A stretch of DNA of 64,000 bases. Source: Anaeromyxobacter sp. (lineage in GTDB: Bacteria > Myxococcota > Myxococcia > Myxococcales > Anaeromyxobacteraceae). Below the pieces are notes generated by a model. It was not told the DNA's origin and made no database searches. It worked only from the letters and a program-made list of their open reading frames with translations. The position numbers were made by a program, and so were the translations under genes. Positions 21,688 through 34,600 of the stretch are shown here, one piece after another; the first letter of the stretch is position 1, and each line of letters opens with the position of its first letter. The stretch is from assembly GCA_049840735.1 (NCBI GenBank), contig JASGJN010000013.1:512001-576000 (forward strand), in the 5' to 3' direction.

Positions 21688-22088
21688 TCCCGGCAGGCGT
21701 GCGGATCTTCCGCGGCGACGGCGCCGGGCGGAACATGCGCCGCGGCTTCGTCGGTCTCGCTGAGGCGGCGCGCGATGGGCTTGGCCACGATCCTGCCGGC
21801 GGCGCGCTCTTCGTCTTCTTCAACAAGCGCAGGGACAAGCTGAAGCTCCTCTGGCACGACCGGACCGGCTGGCGCCTGCTCTACATGGGGCTCGACCGCG
21901 GGTTCTTCCGGATCCCCGACGCCGCGCCGGGCCAGAAGGCGATCACGATTGACGGCCGCGAGCTCGCCGCCATCCTCGAGGGCGTGCAGCTGCCGGCGAG
22001 CAAGACGAAGCCGCGCGACATCGCGGCGAAGGCGCGAGATGCCGCATTGCGGACGGCACGCACGGATAGTAATCAAGCGGGCCGGTGA
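21684..22088 (+). CDS. tnpB: IS66 TnpB
   Basis: MRRGFVGL..ALFVFFNKRRDKLKLLWHD. Confidence 0.85.
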   Translation: MIPAGVRIFRGDGAGRNMRRGFVGLAEAARDGLGHDPAGGALFVFFNKRRDKLKLLWHDRTGWRLLYMGLDRGFFRIPDAAPGQKAITIDGRELAAILEGVQLPASKTKPRDIAAKARDAALRTARTDSNQAGR

Positions 22089-23802
22089 GCGAGCGCGACC
22101 CGCGAGACGCCGAGATCGAAGCCCTGCGGGCGCAGCTCGCGAGGATGACCGCCAACGGCGGAGGCGCTTGAAGGTTCGCGCCGAGGTGGCCGAGCACGAG
22201 CGGAACGAGTTTTCCGAACGCTCTACCTGCTCGTCACCTACGAGCTGGAGCGGCTCAAGCGCCAGCTCTTCGGGAAGAAGGCCGAGACCGTCGACCCGGC
22301 CCAGGTCCAGCTCGCCTTCGGTCCGGTGCTCGACGCGCTGGAGCGCGCCCGCACCGGCGGCGAGGCCGAGCGCACCGAGGTCGAGGCCCAGCTCGAGAGC
22401 CTCCGCGAACGCGCCCGCGCCGAGGTCGCGCGCCGCAAGGCCGAGAAGAAGGGCCCCAAGCCGCACGGGCGCCGAGACCTCTCGCTCCGGGAGGACCTCC
22501 CGGTCGAGACCATCGTGCTCGAGCCGCCGGAGCGCCTGGTGCCCGGCGGCGAGGCGCTGGTGAAGATCGGCGAGGAGGTGAGCGAGCACGTCGACCACCG
22601 GCCCGCCTCGCTGGTCCGCGTCCGCGTGGTCCGCAACAAGTACCGGCTGCCCGAGGAGGCGCCGGCGCGCGAGGACGGATCGCGCATCGTCATCGCGGAG
22701 CTGCCCGCCCGGCCCATCCCGAAGGGGATTGCCGGCCCCGGCCTCCTCGCGCACGTCCTCGTCTCGAAGTTCGCGGACCACCTCCCGCTGCATCGGCAGG
22801 AGTCGATCTACCGCCGCGCCGGCCTGCGTCTGGCGCGATCGACGCTCTGCGGCTTCGTCCAGGGCACGGTCACGCTGCTCGGCCGGGTGGTCGATGCGAT
22901 GTGGGAGGACGCGAGGGAACGACGGCTCGCTGGATCGGCACCGATGCCACCGGCGCGCTCGTGTTCGCCAAGGAGCAGTGCCGGCGCAACCACTTCTGGG
23001 TGGTCGTCGCCGAGCGCGATCACGTGCTCTTCCGCTTCACCAAGGGGCACGACGGCCAGGTCCCGGGCAAAGCTCTTCGAGGGCTTCCGCGGCTACCTGC
23101 TCGCGGACGCGTCGGCCGTCTACCACGAGCTGTACCGACAGGAGCCCGGAGTCACCGAGGTCGGCTGCTGGGCGCACGCGCGCCGCAAGCTCTTCGACGC
23201 GCTCTCGAGCGACGAGGGCCGCGCCCTGGTCGGCATCGGCTTCATCGGCCTGCTCTACGACGCGCACCGCCTCGCGACGGATCCGAAGACCGGCATCACC
23301 GACGGCGCGCGCCGCCGGGCCGATGCGGCGCCGGTTATCGAGAAGCTCTACGCCTGGATGGCCGCCGAGCGGCCGCGGGTGGACGACGACGCGCCCATCG
23401 CAAAGGCGATGAACTACATCGTGAACCACCGGGTCCCGCTCACGCGCTTCCTCGACGACGGGATCCCTGCGGCTCGACAACAACCCCAGCGAGCTCGAGC
23501 TCCGCCGCGAGGTGGTGGGGCGCAAGAACTGGCTCTTCTGCGGCAGCGACGACGGCGCGCACTGGAACGCCGTCGCCGTCTCGCTCATCGCGAGCTGCCA
23601 GCTCCACGGTCTCGAGCCGTGGGCCTACCTGCGCGACGTCCTCACCTTGCTCCCCGCCTGGCCGGCGACCCGCGTCCTCGAGCTCTCCCCCAAGCACTGG
23701 AAGGAGATTTCCGAGAAGCCGCACACTCAGCAGCTCCTCGCATCCCAGCGCTTGCTCGGTCGCGACACGTCCCACGCCCCGGAGACTACCGCGGCGGCGT
23801 AG
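22085..23802 (+). pseudogene. tnpC: IS66 transposase TnpC, frameshifted in this assembly
   Basis: LFGKKAE, KFADHLPLHRQ, GCWAHARRK, DNNPSELELR..GRKNWLF over several frames. Confidence 0.85.
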
Positions 23803-23835
23803 GGCTCTGCTCGACGCGGTTCACCGGACGGGTAC

Positions 23836-24830
23836 CCGGTTCGCGGGCGTGATCGCGCCGGAGAGGATGAGCCCGGAGTCGAGGTCGGTGGCGATGTGAC
23901 GCTTGTAGCCGTTGAAGCGCATGGTCTTGCTCTTGCGCCCGTGCCGCATGTCCGGGTCCGTCACCGAGACCCGGCGGTCCGGGGCCACGCCCTCGCGGAT
24001 CTTCTTCCCGCCGCCACCAGGATCGGGTTCCAGGTCTTGGTTCATGATCTGCTGCAGCGTCGCGAGGTCATCGCTGAGCGGCGGCTTTGCCAGCTCTGTC
24101 GCGAGGTTCGCGGCCAGCCAGTCCTGAAGGTCTTCCAGTTCGATGACTAGCGCCTTCACCGCCGAGGACTTCTGGACCGGGTCACTCCAGTCACGGTCGA
24201 GCGCTGCCTTGACGCTGGGGGCCAGCAGCAGCGGGGCGCGCGCCTCGCGGCATACCTGCTCCGGCGTCCAGCGCAGGAGATCCGCGGCGCAGTCCACCAC
24301 CCTGCGGGCCGCGTGCGCGAGCAGGTTCAGCGTGTCCTCGACCCGGCCCGCTCCCTCCAGCGGCGCCGAGTCGATCGCCACCCGCAAGGTCTTCGGCAGC
24401 TTCTTCCAGTCGAACTCCTTGGTGACCCTCGCCAGCTCGACCGTGCGGTCCAGCAGCCGCCGGTCCATGTCGTGCGCGATGAGGCGCTCCCGGAACGCCT
24501 GCAGGGCGCCCTGGGAGAAGGGCGGCTCCGTGGCGCCCAGGCAGCCGAGCACCATCTGCCACCGCAGGTCCATGACCGCCGCCTCGACTGCATCGGCGTC
24601 CGACAGACCGAGGTAGGCAGCAACGCCATCGCGAGCTGGGCCGGTGGCCTGGGATCCGATCCGGCGCCGGTGTCCCGGTACATCGCTTCCAGCTCACCCT
24701 GGAACTGATCGTCAAACAGCTCGTGACGGTGCCGGCGCAGGAACCCGAAGAGCTTTCGCTTGGTCTCGAGCCGCTTGAGGATGAACTGCTCCTGCTTCGT
24801 CGGCTCCCGATTCGGCTCCCACCGCTCCAT
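23836..24830 (-). pseudogene. IS1182-family transposase, 3'-truncated by IS66 and frameshifted near 24615
   Basis: LSDADAVE..DLRWQMVLG..PFSQGALQAFRERL, IDSAPL, RVSVTDPDMRHGRKS..FNGYKRH; breaks off at the IS66 end. Confidence 0.8.
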
Positions 24831-24954
24831 CGCCACCGCCTCCAGCGCGGGCGACGGCCCACGCGGCGCGCAGAAGATCACGGCCGCATGGGGCCTGTCG
24901 ATCCTCGGCGCGTAAGCGATGGGAATCATGGGCGTTCCAAGCCGATCGGTGCTC

Positions 24955-25062
24955 GAGGTGGCCGAGCAAGAGCGGTACGAGTTCCGCAAGCTCTACGTCC
25001 TGGTCACCTACGAGCTGGGAGCGGCTCAAGCGCCCGCTCTTCGGCAAGAAGGCCGAGACCGT
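24955..25062 (+). mobile_element. relic fragment of an IS66 tnpC 5' region
   Basis: Clear nucleotide similarity to ~22182-22290 (CGAGGTGGCCGAGCA..GTCACCTACGAGCTGG..GCTCTTCGG.AAGAAGGCCGAGACCGT). Confidence 0.75.
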
Positions 25063-25088
25063 GGCGGGACCTCTGGGGCCGAGTGCTG

Positions 25089-25571
25089 TCAGAACACAAT
25101 CAGGCGACCTGAGTCCAAGGCCCCCTCCCATCCACAGGGCCAATGGCCTGCATGGTACCAGTATCCCAGTCTTGCGTAGAACGCCGGCTGGACAAACTCG
25201 GAGAATTCCGCCTCCAACGCGAGGTGCAGGATGTCCCAGTGAACATTGTCGAGGAAGAGTTTGCTGTCCTTGACGGCCCTCGGACCCGCAACGCGCGTTT
25301 TCTCCCGAACCAGTTCCTGCACGGCCGGCCTGATATCCTTCACAATGTCATTCCAGCCTACGTATAGCTCCGGAGACACAAGCATGAGTTGCTCTTCCAA
25401 CGTCCCGCGGGCCGCCTGCTGGGCTTCCTCCCATAGAGGATCGACGCACGAAGCCATGGCGGCGTCCCAGTCATGAACGGAAACGATGTTGGGGCTCTGG
25501 GCTGATCCGACGGATCGAAACCACTCGATCCCGCGGAGACGCGCAAGGGTGGCACTCGTCGCTGGGTGCAT
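25089..25571 (-). CDS. putative immunity protein for the upstream toxin
   Basis: 160 aa, co-oriented 77 bp after the toxin stop, lower GC; W-rich with C-terminal YHAGHWPCGWEG..GRLIVF. Confidence 0.65.
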   Translation of the reverse strand: MHPATSATLARLRGIEWFRSVGSAQSPNIVSVHDWDAAMASCVDPLWEEAQQAARGTLEEQLMLVSPELYVGWNDIVKDIRPAVQELVREKTRVAGPRAVKDSKLFLDNVHWDILHLALEAEFSEFVQPAFYARLGYWYHAGHWPCGWEGALDSGRLIVF

Positions 25572-25648
25572 GATCGATATCCTAGCAGGAAGAAGCCTTC
25601 GCGAGCAGGTAGCGGGCGGCTCCTCGCGCGCTCGCAATAGGGCAACGC

Positions 25649-28600
25649 CTACCGCCGAGTTCTTGGTGGGCGTCGGGAAGGCGGGACAGGACGGACCGGT
25701 GCCGGGGCCGGCCTCCCCGGCGGGGTTCTCTGATATGGCAACCGCGGAACGAGATCCGAGGGCACTCGTCCCCGACTCTCCAATTCTTTCATAGCCCTTT
25801 CCGCCAAGGACCGAGCACGCGCGGCTGACTGACCAGACGCCCTAAGGGCCTCGTAGAGCCCACGATTGTATTCTGCATCCGTAGGACGCTCGCCCACACG
25901 AGAGCCCCCCTTCTTAAATTGGGCAAAGAATGCGTTCAGCACACGGTGAAAGATGGAGTGCTCGCTACCGGGCCGATTGGGGTTGCCTCTCACCGGGTAG
26001 GCAAGGCCCTCTTCCCTCGGGATGACCTCGCCGTATGCCGCAGTCTGATTGAGGTGGTTCGCGTTCGATCCCTCTTCTAGCCTGCCGCGAAACTGCCGAT
26101 ATGGACGAACGATCGGCTTTCGATTTCCATTGCGCTGCACCGGCTCACGCCCTGCCGGGAGCGCTTCGCCAGGGGATCTTCCTAGGGCCTCATCGATCTG
26201 GCGCCATCCAGCGAGGTAATCCGCTTCGGCATGGGCGGGCGCGCTGCAACTCGCGAGTTCCGGAACCTCACGGAAGCGACGCAGGTCATCCTGAGCAAGC
26301 CCGAAGCGCCAATCCCTGAGGATCCTCCACGGCCCACCAAGCTGCGACTCTGCATAGAACCCTCCCCATGTCGGCAGCGTAACGCCCCCCACCGTGATCG
26401 ACTGAAGCGATTCATGCGGCGGCTCCACGAGTTCGGGATTGTAGCCCGGCCTCATATACGGCGGGACCCAGTGAATAGGCTCTCCCGGCATGGAGCCCTC
26501 ACGCACCTCCTGATAGTCCGCAAGCATTCTGCGAGCCACGAGCAGATCCAAGGTCGACCGCTCACGCCACGGCAGGGCCTGTTCCGCGTCGATCAACCCC
26601 TTGAGCCCCATCTCGAAGGCGGTCTTCAGAGCCTCCTGTACGGCGACTTCGTCCGAGTTTTGCGGAAGGCCAAGCAGGCACCGCAATTCCGCCAACGGCA
26701 CGGGAGCGGTCGATGAGGATGCGGGCTGCCCGGCGAGCGACAGCCCGTGGCCGCTGGTGGCCATCATACGCAACCCGCCGTTGGAGCCGAAGTAGACACC
26801 ATGCCTGGCGTCGTGGGCCCCCTCCAACCGAGCGGTTGGGCCGCCTACCTCGACCGCATACGCGGCCTGGTTGGCCGCAGGGGCCTCAACTGCACCACTG
26901 CCATTGCCGACGTCCCCCGGTCCCGATGGAACTCCCGAAGCGGCGTCTCCTCGAGCACTGGGAGGCGCAGCATACTTGTAGGTCGGATCGTACTGCCCCT
27001 CGTACGGGTTCTCCTTCTTCGGAGGCGCAGCATAGAACCGGCTTGGATCGTTCTGGTCCGCGTATATGGAGTTGATGGCCTTTCGCTCAGCAGCCGCAGC
27101 CCGAGCGGATCTCTCGCTCATCTCCCTAATCGTCTGCTGCTGGCGGCGATCCGACCAAGCCTGCACCCAGTTGATCGTATCCACCACCGCCGTCCCAAGT
27201 GCATTCCCGAAGGCGTCGGCCGCCACCTGCTTCACATTCACCTTGCCGTGAAGCGCAGCAGAAACGGCGGCGCCTGAGGCGATGCCGTTCGCCGTCTCGA
27301 CCCCGAGCCGCCTACCCACGTCAAGCAAGGCTCCGCCGTGGGTCAGGAATGCACCACCGTAGGCCGGCGCGGTCGCGTCCATCGCCCAATCGCCGAGGGT
27401 TGCATTCAGCGTTGCACCGATGGCCGCTCCTGCGACCGCGCTCCAGCTGAAGGACTTCTGGAGGCCGAGTGCGCACTGGACCCCCTGCGTCGTGGCGTTC
27501 GTGAGGACCGCGCGGGTGGCTCCCTGAGCGGCCTTGCCCACGGTCTGCCAGACGCTGCCTCCCATCTTGTCGCCAAGCTGTGCGCCCCAGTTGACAGCCT
27601 TGAAGGCCTCCTGGAAGGCACCGCCAACCGCGCCGCCGATCGCGCCCATGGCGACCGACTTCCAGCTGAAGCTCTCCTGGATACCGGCCGCCATGCCAAC
27701 GATCTGTCCGGCCGCCGATCCGGCCGCGGCGCCGATCGCTCCCCCGACGGCGCCGGCCGCAAAGCTGCTCATGAACGGGCCGAGAGCTGTTGCGGCCGCC
27801 CCACCCGTGTAAGCGCTGACCACGGCGGTCACCACGATCACCAGGATCGTCCCGATGATCCCGCACCCCTTGTGGGCGGGCATCGGGATGTTCGGCGTCG
27901 TGGTCCCGACGATCCTGGATTGGTCGTACGGCTGGTACGTCTCCGAGGTGTTCTTCGAGCCGACCGCGCCGCTCGGAATGCTCAGCGTCTGCCCGACGCG
28001 CAGGTCCGAGTCGCTGCGCACGCCGTTCGCGTCGGCGATCAGGTACCAGAGGCTTGCGTCGCCGTACGACGCCTGCGCGATGGAGCGGAGCGTGTCACCG
28101 GCCTGGACCGCGTAGCTGCCGATGGCCGCCGCCGGATACGTCCCGGTGATCGGCTGGTAGGTGAGCCCGAAGCTGTTCTGCAGCGTGTAGTTGGGGTTTC
28201 CGCTGCCGTTGGTGGGCTTCTCGGGGTCGGTGCCCTCGCCGAAGATGCCGAGCACGTTCCCGTTCACCACCAGCTCGCGGAGCCGTCTTCCCTCCTGGTA
28301 CTTGTAGAGGACGTGGCCGTCGGCATCGTTCACCAGGGTCCGGGTGTTGGCCGGCTTGGTGAGGTCTTCCACCTTGGTCAGGTTGCCGCTGGCGTCGTAC
28401 GTGCTGACGGTCTGACCAGGGTGGGACAGATCCTCGCCGGTGACGCCGATGACGGAGGCTTCCCGGTAGGCGCCGCCGTAGATGCCGATGTTGACCGCGA
28501 AGAACTGGTCCACGGAGCCGTGCGTCCAGTAACCGCGCACGTTGCCGGCCTCGTCGTATCCGGCCTGGAATTCGAAGTCGGGCGCCTCTCCCACCACCGC

Positions 28601-31600
28601 GCCCCCGTAGCCGAGGACGTCGTGGGTTCCCGTCTGCACACGGAGCTGGTAGGTGGTCTCGCTCTCGATGCTACGATTTGGCTTCAGCACCCTGGTCGCC
28701 TCGACCCGGCCCGCCTCATCGTATTTCGTGATCCGCGTGCGCGCCCCGTTCCCGTCCGAGTCGCCTGCGGTGAGCGCCTGCCGGTAACTGTACGGCAGCT
28801 CGTCACCCAGGCCGACCTTCACCACGCGGGAGGCGCCATCGTACATCCGCTCGTCGAGCAGCAGCGCATACTGCTCGTCGATGGGGTTCCAGTTCTCGTC
28901 GAAGACACCGGTCTGGACGGTCTGCAGGCGGTTCAGCGAGTCGTAGGTGTAGTACTCCCAGTTCTGCCCGTCGCGCGTCTCGTACTGGATCCACGTCGCG
29001 CTGGAGCCGTAGGCGGGCCCGGCCTCGCGGGCCACGACCTGCTTGCCCCACGAGATGTCCATCCTGCGGTTGCCGTTCCCGTCGTACGCCAGGATGTGGC
29101 CGCCGTCCTTGGTCACGTTCGCCAGGTCGCGCGCGTCGTTGTTGACCGCCCCGTCCACCAGGATCTGGCGATTCATCGCGTCGTAGGCGAAGTAGAGCGT
29201 CTTCTGCGTCGTGAGGGCGGACTGCCCCACCCGGAGGACCGTGGACGCCGAGTCCTGGCGCACGCGGTTGCCGACGAGGTCGTAGGTGAACCCGAGCGTG
29301 GCGCGCTCCGAGCCCAGGTCGTTCTCCACCTGCTCGAGCCGGCCCAGGTTGTCGTAGGCGTTCCGGTTGTCCTGGTACAGCACACCTCCCTTGGTCGTCC
29401 GCTCAAGCACGCGCAGGCCGCGCGCGTTGTAGCCGTAGGTCGTGACCTGGTCGAGTGAGGGATCCGTGATGCCGATGAGCTGCCCCACGCTGTCGTACGT
29501 GTAGCGCACCTCGTTGCCGGCCCGCGTCTTGGAGACCAGCTGCTTGGCGCTGTCGTACGCGTAGTCGGCCCGGACACCGCCGATGTCCACGTTCCACAGC
29601 AACCGGCCGAACGCGTCGAAGCCCCAGGCGGCCAGGTTGCTCTTGGCGTCGAGCTCGCCCACCTGCCGGCCGGCGCCGTCGAAGGCGGCTCGCCGCACCT
29701 GCCCCGGCGCGCGGGTCTCGACGATGTTGCCGCGCAGGTCGTAGACGTAGTGGGTCGTTTCGCTCGCGCCGTTGGTCTGCTGCACCTTGCGGCCGGCTTC
29801 GTCGTAGACCATCTGCGTGGACAGAGGCTTCGTCACCCCGGTCACGCTGAAGTCCGCTGCGACGGAGTAGACCTGCGTGGCCTCGGTCGTGATGGCCGTG
29901 TTGCGGCCCAGCCGGTCGAACCCGTAAGTCGTGACGTGGCCCTCGGCGTCCTTGACCTGACGCTGGTTGCCGAGCGCGTCGTACGACCGTCGCACCGTGC
30001 CGGGCCCGTCGATCTGCGAGAGGCGAAGCCCGTAGTCAGGCGCCGCGCCCTGCGCCAGGGTGCCGAGATCCGGGGTGCGGCCGCCGTAGTCCGCGTGGAT
30101 CTCCCTGATCAGCTGGCCGCCCGCGTCCCACACCTGGAAGTTGGTGTGACCGTTCGCGTCCCGGGTCGCCACCTGCTGCCCGAGCGCGTCGAAGTAGACC
30201 GAGCTCACTGGGCCGGCACCCGTGCCGTGCGCGTCCGGCTGGCGCTGCTCCACGACCTGGTTGTTGGCGTTGTACTTGAACTCCGTGTACAGGGCCGCCG
30301 CGCCGGTCTTCGGGTCAAACGGCGCGCTCTGCCGGATCACGTTGCCCCAGCGGTCATAGCGCTGCTCGACAACCGGCTGGAGCGTCGTGGCGTTCGCGTC
30401 CGTGCGGCTCGGCAGGACCTGGGTGGTCACTCGGCCGAGGAGATCCCGCTTGTACTCCGTCTTCCTGAGGCCGGTGTTGTCCCCCGTCTGGAAGGTGAGC
30501 ACGAGGTCGTTGCCCCGGCGCTCGACGGACTGCACCTGACGAGAGGCGACGGCGTCGAAGCGGATGACGTCCTCGTTCCCAGCGGCGGCGTCGTTCTCGA
30601 CGATTCGATCCACGCCCGTGGCGCTGCCGAACACGTACACGTCGTTCCCGGCCCCGCCGGTGAACGTGTCGTTGCCCCCGGCGCCCTCGAGGACGTCTAC
30701 GCCGGCCTCGCCGTTCAGTGTGTCGTTTCCACCGCCGCCGATGACCACGTCATCGCCAGCGCCGGCATTGAACACCTCGTCTGCCGCGGTACCAGTGAGC
30801 TGGTCGGCCCCGGCGGTTCCTGCGATGACGGGCGCCGTGGGCGTGGCCGTGACCACCGACCGAGCGGGAGATCACAGCGCGGTCCCAGGTCACCCCGTCG
30901 CTGAACTGGATGCTCTCCACGCCCCAGGTCGCCGAGTAGAAGTGGTTCTTGACCGTCACCCGGTCCTGCGCCGAGCCGTACCGGATCACCAAATCGTTCC
31001 CGACCCGCTGCACGGCGCTCACATCGGTCGAGGCCACATCCTCGAACCGCAGCGTGTCCAAGTTCCCGGTCGTGCTATCGCTATCCGTGATCGTGTCCGC
31101 ACCGCCGCCTCGGCGGACCACGTACACGTCGTTCCCCGTCCCGCCGTCCAGCGTGTCGTCCCCTGACCCGCCGTCCAGGACGTCTGCTCCCGCCCCACCC
31201 GTCAGGTCATCCGTGTCTGCACCGCCGAGGAGCTGGTCCGCTCCGGCGCCGCCGTTCAGCGTGTCGTTGCCCTCGCCACCGACGAGGAGATCGTCCCCGG
31301 TGTTTCCGGTCAGCGAGTCATTGGCGTCGCCGCCGTCCAGCATATCGGCCAGATTGCCACCGCTCAGCGTGTCTGAACCGCCGTTCCCATACATCCGGTT
31401 CGAGCCATCCGCGTAGCCGCTGATGTTCTCGCTCGCGCCATCGCCGATTGTAACGACCTTCGCCTTGATGACCCCGTCGCTCCATGTCACGCCATCGCTG
31501 AACTGGATGGTTTCCACTCTCCAGCTGGCCGAGTAGAAGTGGTTCTTCACCGTCACCCGGTCCTGCGCCGCGCCGAACCGAAGCACCAGATCGTTGCCGA

Positions 31601-34600
31601 CCCGCTGTACGGCGCTCACCTCGGTCGAAGCCACGTCCTCGAACCGCAGCGTGTCCAGGTTCCCGCTCGTGGTGTCGCTATCCGTGATCGTATCCGCACC
31701 GCCTCCCCTGCGGACAACGAACACATCATTCCCCGTCCCGCCGTCCAGCGTGTCGTCCCCTGACCCGCCGTCCAGGACGTCCGCTCCCGCTGCCCCCGTC
31801 AGGTCATCATTGTCCGCACCGCCGAGGAGCTGGTCCGCTCCGGCTCCGCCGTTCAGCGTGTCATTCCCTTCGCCGCCGATCAGGAGATCGTCCCCGGCGT
31901 TTCCGGTCAGCAAGTCATTGGCGTCGCCGCCGTCCAGCATGTCGGCCAGATCGCCACCGCTCAGCGTGTCCGAACCGCCGTTCCCCCACATCCGGTTCGA
32001 GCCGCCCGAGTAGCCGCTGATGTTCTCGCTCGCACCAGTGCCGATCACATCGACCCGAACCTTGATCGCAGCGTCGTTCCAGCTCACGCCGTCGCTGAAC
32101 TGGATGCTCTCGATTCTTGTAGTTCGAGTTCGACAGGTAGAAGTAGTTATTGACCGTCACCCGGTCCTGGACCGCCCCATAGCGGATCACCAGGTCGTCG
32201 CCAATACGCTGAAGCGCCGTCACTTCGGTCGATGCCACGTCCTCGAACCGCAGCGTGTCGATGTTCCCGCTTGTGCTGTCGCTATCCGTGATCGTGTCCG
32301 CTCCGCCTCCCCGGCGGACCACGTACACGTCGTTCCCCGTTCCGCCGTCCAGCGTGTCGTCCCCTGACCCGCCGTCCAGGACGTCCGCGCCCGCTGCACC
32401 CGTCAGGCCATCATTGTCCGCACCGCCGAGGAGCTGGTCCGCTCCCGCTCCACCGTTCAGCGTGTCATTCCCTTCGCCACCGATGAGGAAGTCGTCTCCG
32501 GCGTTTCCGTTCAGCGTGTCATTGGCGTCGCCGCCGTCCAGCATGTCGGCCAGATCGCCACCGCTCAGCGTGTCCGAACCGCCGTTCCCCCACATCCGAT
32601 TCGGGCCGTCGGTGTAGCCGATGATGGAGTCGATCGCGCCAGTGCCGATGGTATCGACCCGCGCTTTGATGGCCGCGTCGTTCCAGGTCACCCCATCGCT
32701 GAACTGAATGCTCTCGATCTTGTAGTTCGGGCTGGACAGGTAGAAGTAGTTGTTGACCGTCACCCGGTCCTGGCCCGGGCCATAGCGGATCACCAGGTCG
32801 TTTCCGGTACGCTGCAGCGCCATCACCTCGGTCGATGCCACGTCCTCGAACCGCAGCGTGTCGAGATTCCCGCTCGTGCTGTCGCTATCCGTGATCGTGT
32901 CCGCCCCGCCTCCCCGGCGGACCACGTACACGTCGTTCCCCGTCCCGCCGTCCAGCGCGTCATTGCCCGCCCCGCCGTCCAGGACGTCCGCTCCCGCGGC
33001 ACCCGTCAGCTTGTCATTGCCCGCCCCGCCCACGAGCTGATCCGCACTTGCGCCCCCTGTGAGTGTCAGGTCCTGCGGCAGCGTGACCACGACGGCGCGC
33101 TGACGAATGGATGCGGCGTCCCAGGCCACGCCATCCGCGAACTCGATCCGGTCGAGTTCGAAGGACGCCGACTGGAAGTGGCTCTCCACGCAGACGCTGT
33201 CCCCGGACCCGTACCAAAGGTACAGGTGGTTGCCCCGCCGCTCGACCGCCACCTCAGTCGAGGCCACGTCCTCGAACCGGATCCGGTCCACGGCTCCTGC
33301 TGAGCTGTCGTCGGAGGCCTGGACAGTATCCGACCCCGACCCGCGCCTCAGCACGAACACGTCGTTACCCGTGCCGCCGTACAGGGTGTCATTCCCCACC
33401 CCGCCGTCCAGCACGTCGTCGTTGGCTCCGCCGTCCAGCGTGTCGGCTCCCGCGCCGCCTTCAAGAACGTCGTTCCCTGCCTCGCCGTTCAAGTCGTCAG
33501 CGTCTTCGCCGCCCAGCAGCCGATCGTCTCCATCCCGCCCGTACAGAATGTCATTCGCCGCTCCGCCCTCCAGCACGTCGCCCTGCGTGCCACCGTTCAG
33601 CTTGTCCGTCCCCCCCATCCCCAGGATCCAATTGGCCGCCTCGTCGTACCCCGTGATCGTGTCGGCGCCCGTCCCGCCAATGGTAATGGCGACGTGCCCA
33701 TTGATCGCCGCTCGATCCCAGACCACGCCATCTGCGAACTCGATCCGATCGAGTTCGAAGGACGCCGACTGGAAGTGGCTCTCCACGCAGACGCTGTCCC
33801 CGGACCCGTACCAAAGGTACAGGTGGTTGCCCCGCCGTTCGACCGTCACCTCCGTCGAGGCCACGTCCTCGAACCGGATTCGGTCCACGGCTCCTGCTGA
33901 ACTGTCGGACGCCCGGACCGTATCCGACCCCGACCCGCGCCTCAGCACGAACACGTCGCTACCCGTGCCGCCGTACAGGGTGTCATTCCCCACCCCGCCG
34001 TCCAGCACGTCGTCGTTTGCTCCGCCGTCCAGCGTGTCGGCTCCCGCGCCGCCTTCAAGAACGTCGTTCCCTGCCTCGCCGTTCAAGTCGTCAGCGTCTT
34101 CGCCGCCCAGCAGCCGATCGTCTCCATCCCGCCCGTACAGAATGTCATTCGCCGCTCCGCCCTCCAGCACGTCGCCCTGCGTGCCACCGTTCAGCTTGTC
34201 CGTCCCCCCCATCCCCAGGATCCAATTGGCCGCCTCGTCGTACCCCGTGATCGTGTCGGCGCCCGTCCCGCCAATGGTAATGGCGACGTGCCCATTGATC
34301 GCCGCTCGATCCCAGACCACGCCATCTGCGAACTCGATCCGATCGAGTTCGAAGGACGCCGACTGGAAGTGGCTCTCCACGCAGACGCTGTCCCCGGACC
34401 CGTACCAAAGGTACAGGTGGTTGCCCCGCCGTTCGACCGTCACCTCCGTCGAGGCCACGTCCTCGAACCGGATTCGGTCCACGGCTCCTGCTGAACTGTC
34501 GGACGCCCGGACCGTATCCGACCCCGACCCGCGCCTCAGCACGAACACATCGCTGCCGGTGCCGCCGTACAGGGTGTCATTCCCCACCCCGCCGTCCAGC

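Larger units (their letters stand above)
21301..23835 (+). mobile_element. IS66-family element 2, both ends present
   Basis: Left end GTACCCGTACGGTGAACCACG; right end reverse complement GTACCCGTCCGGTGAACCGCG; tnpA-tnpB-tnpC order; flanks do not form a target duplication. Confidence 0.92.
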
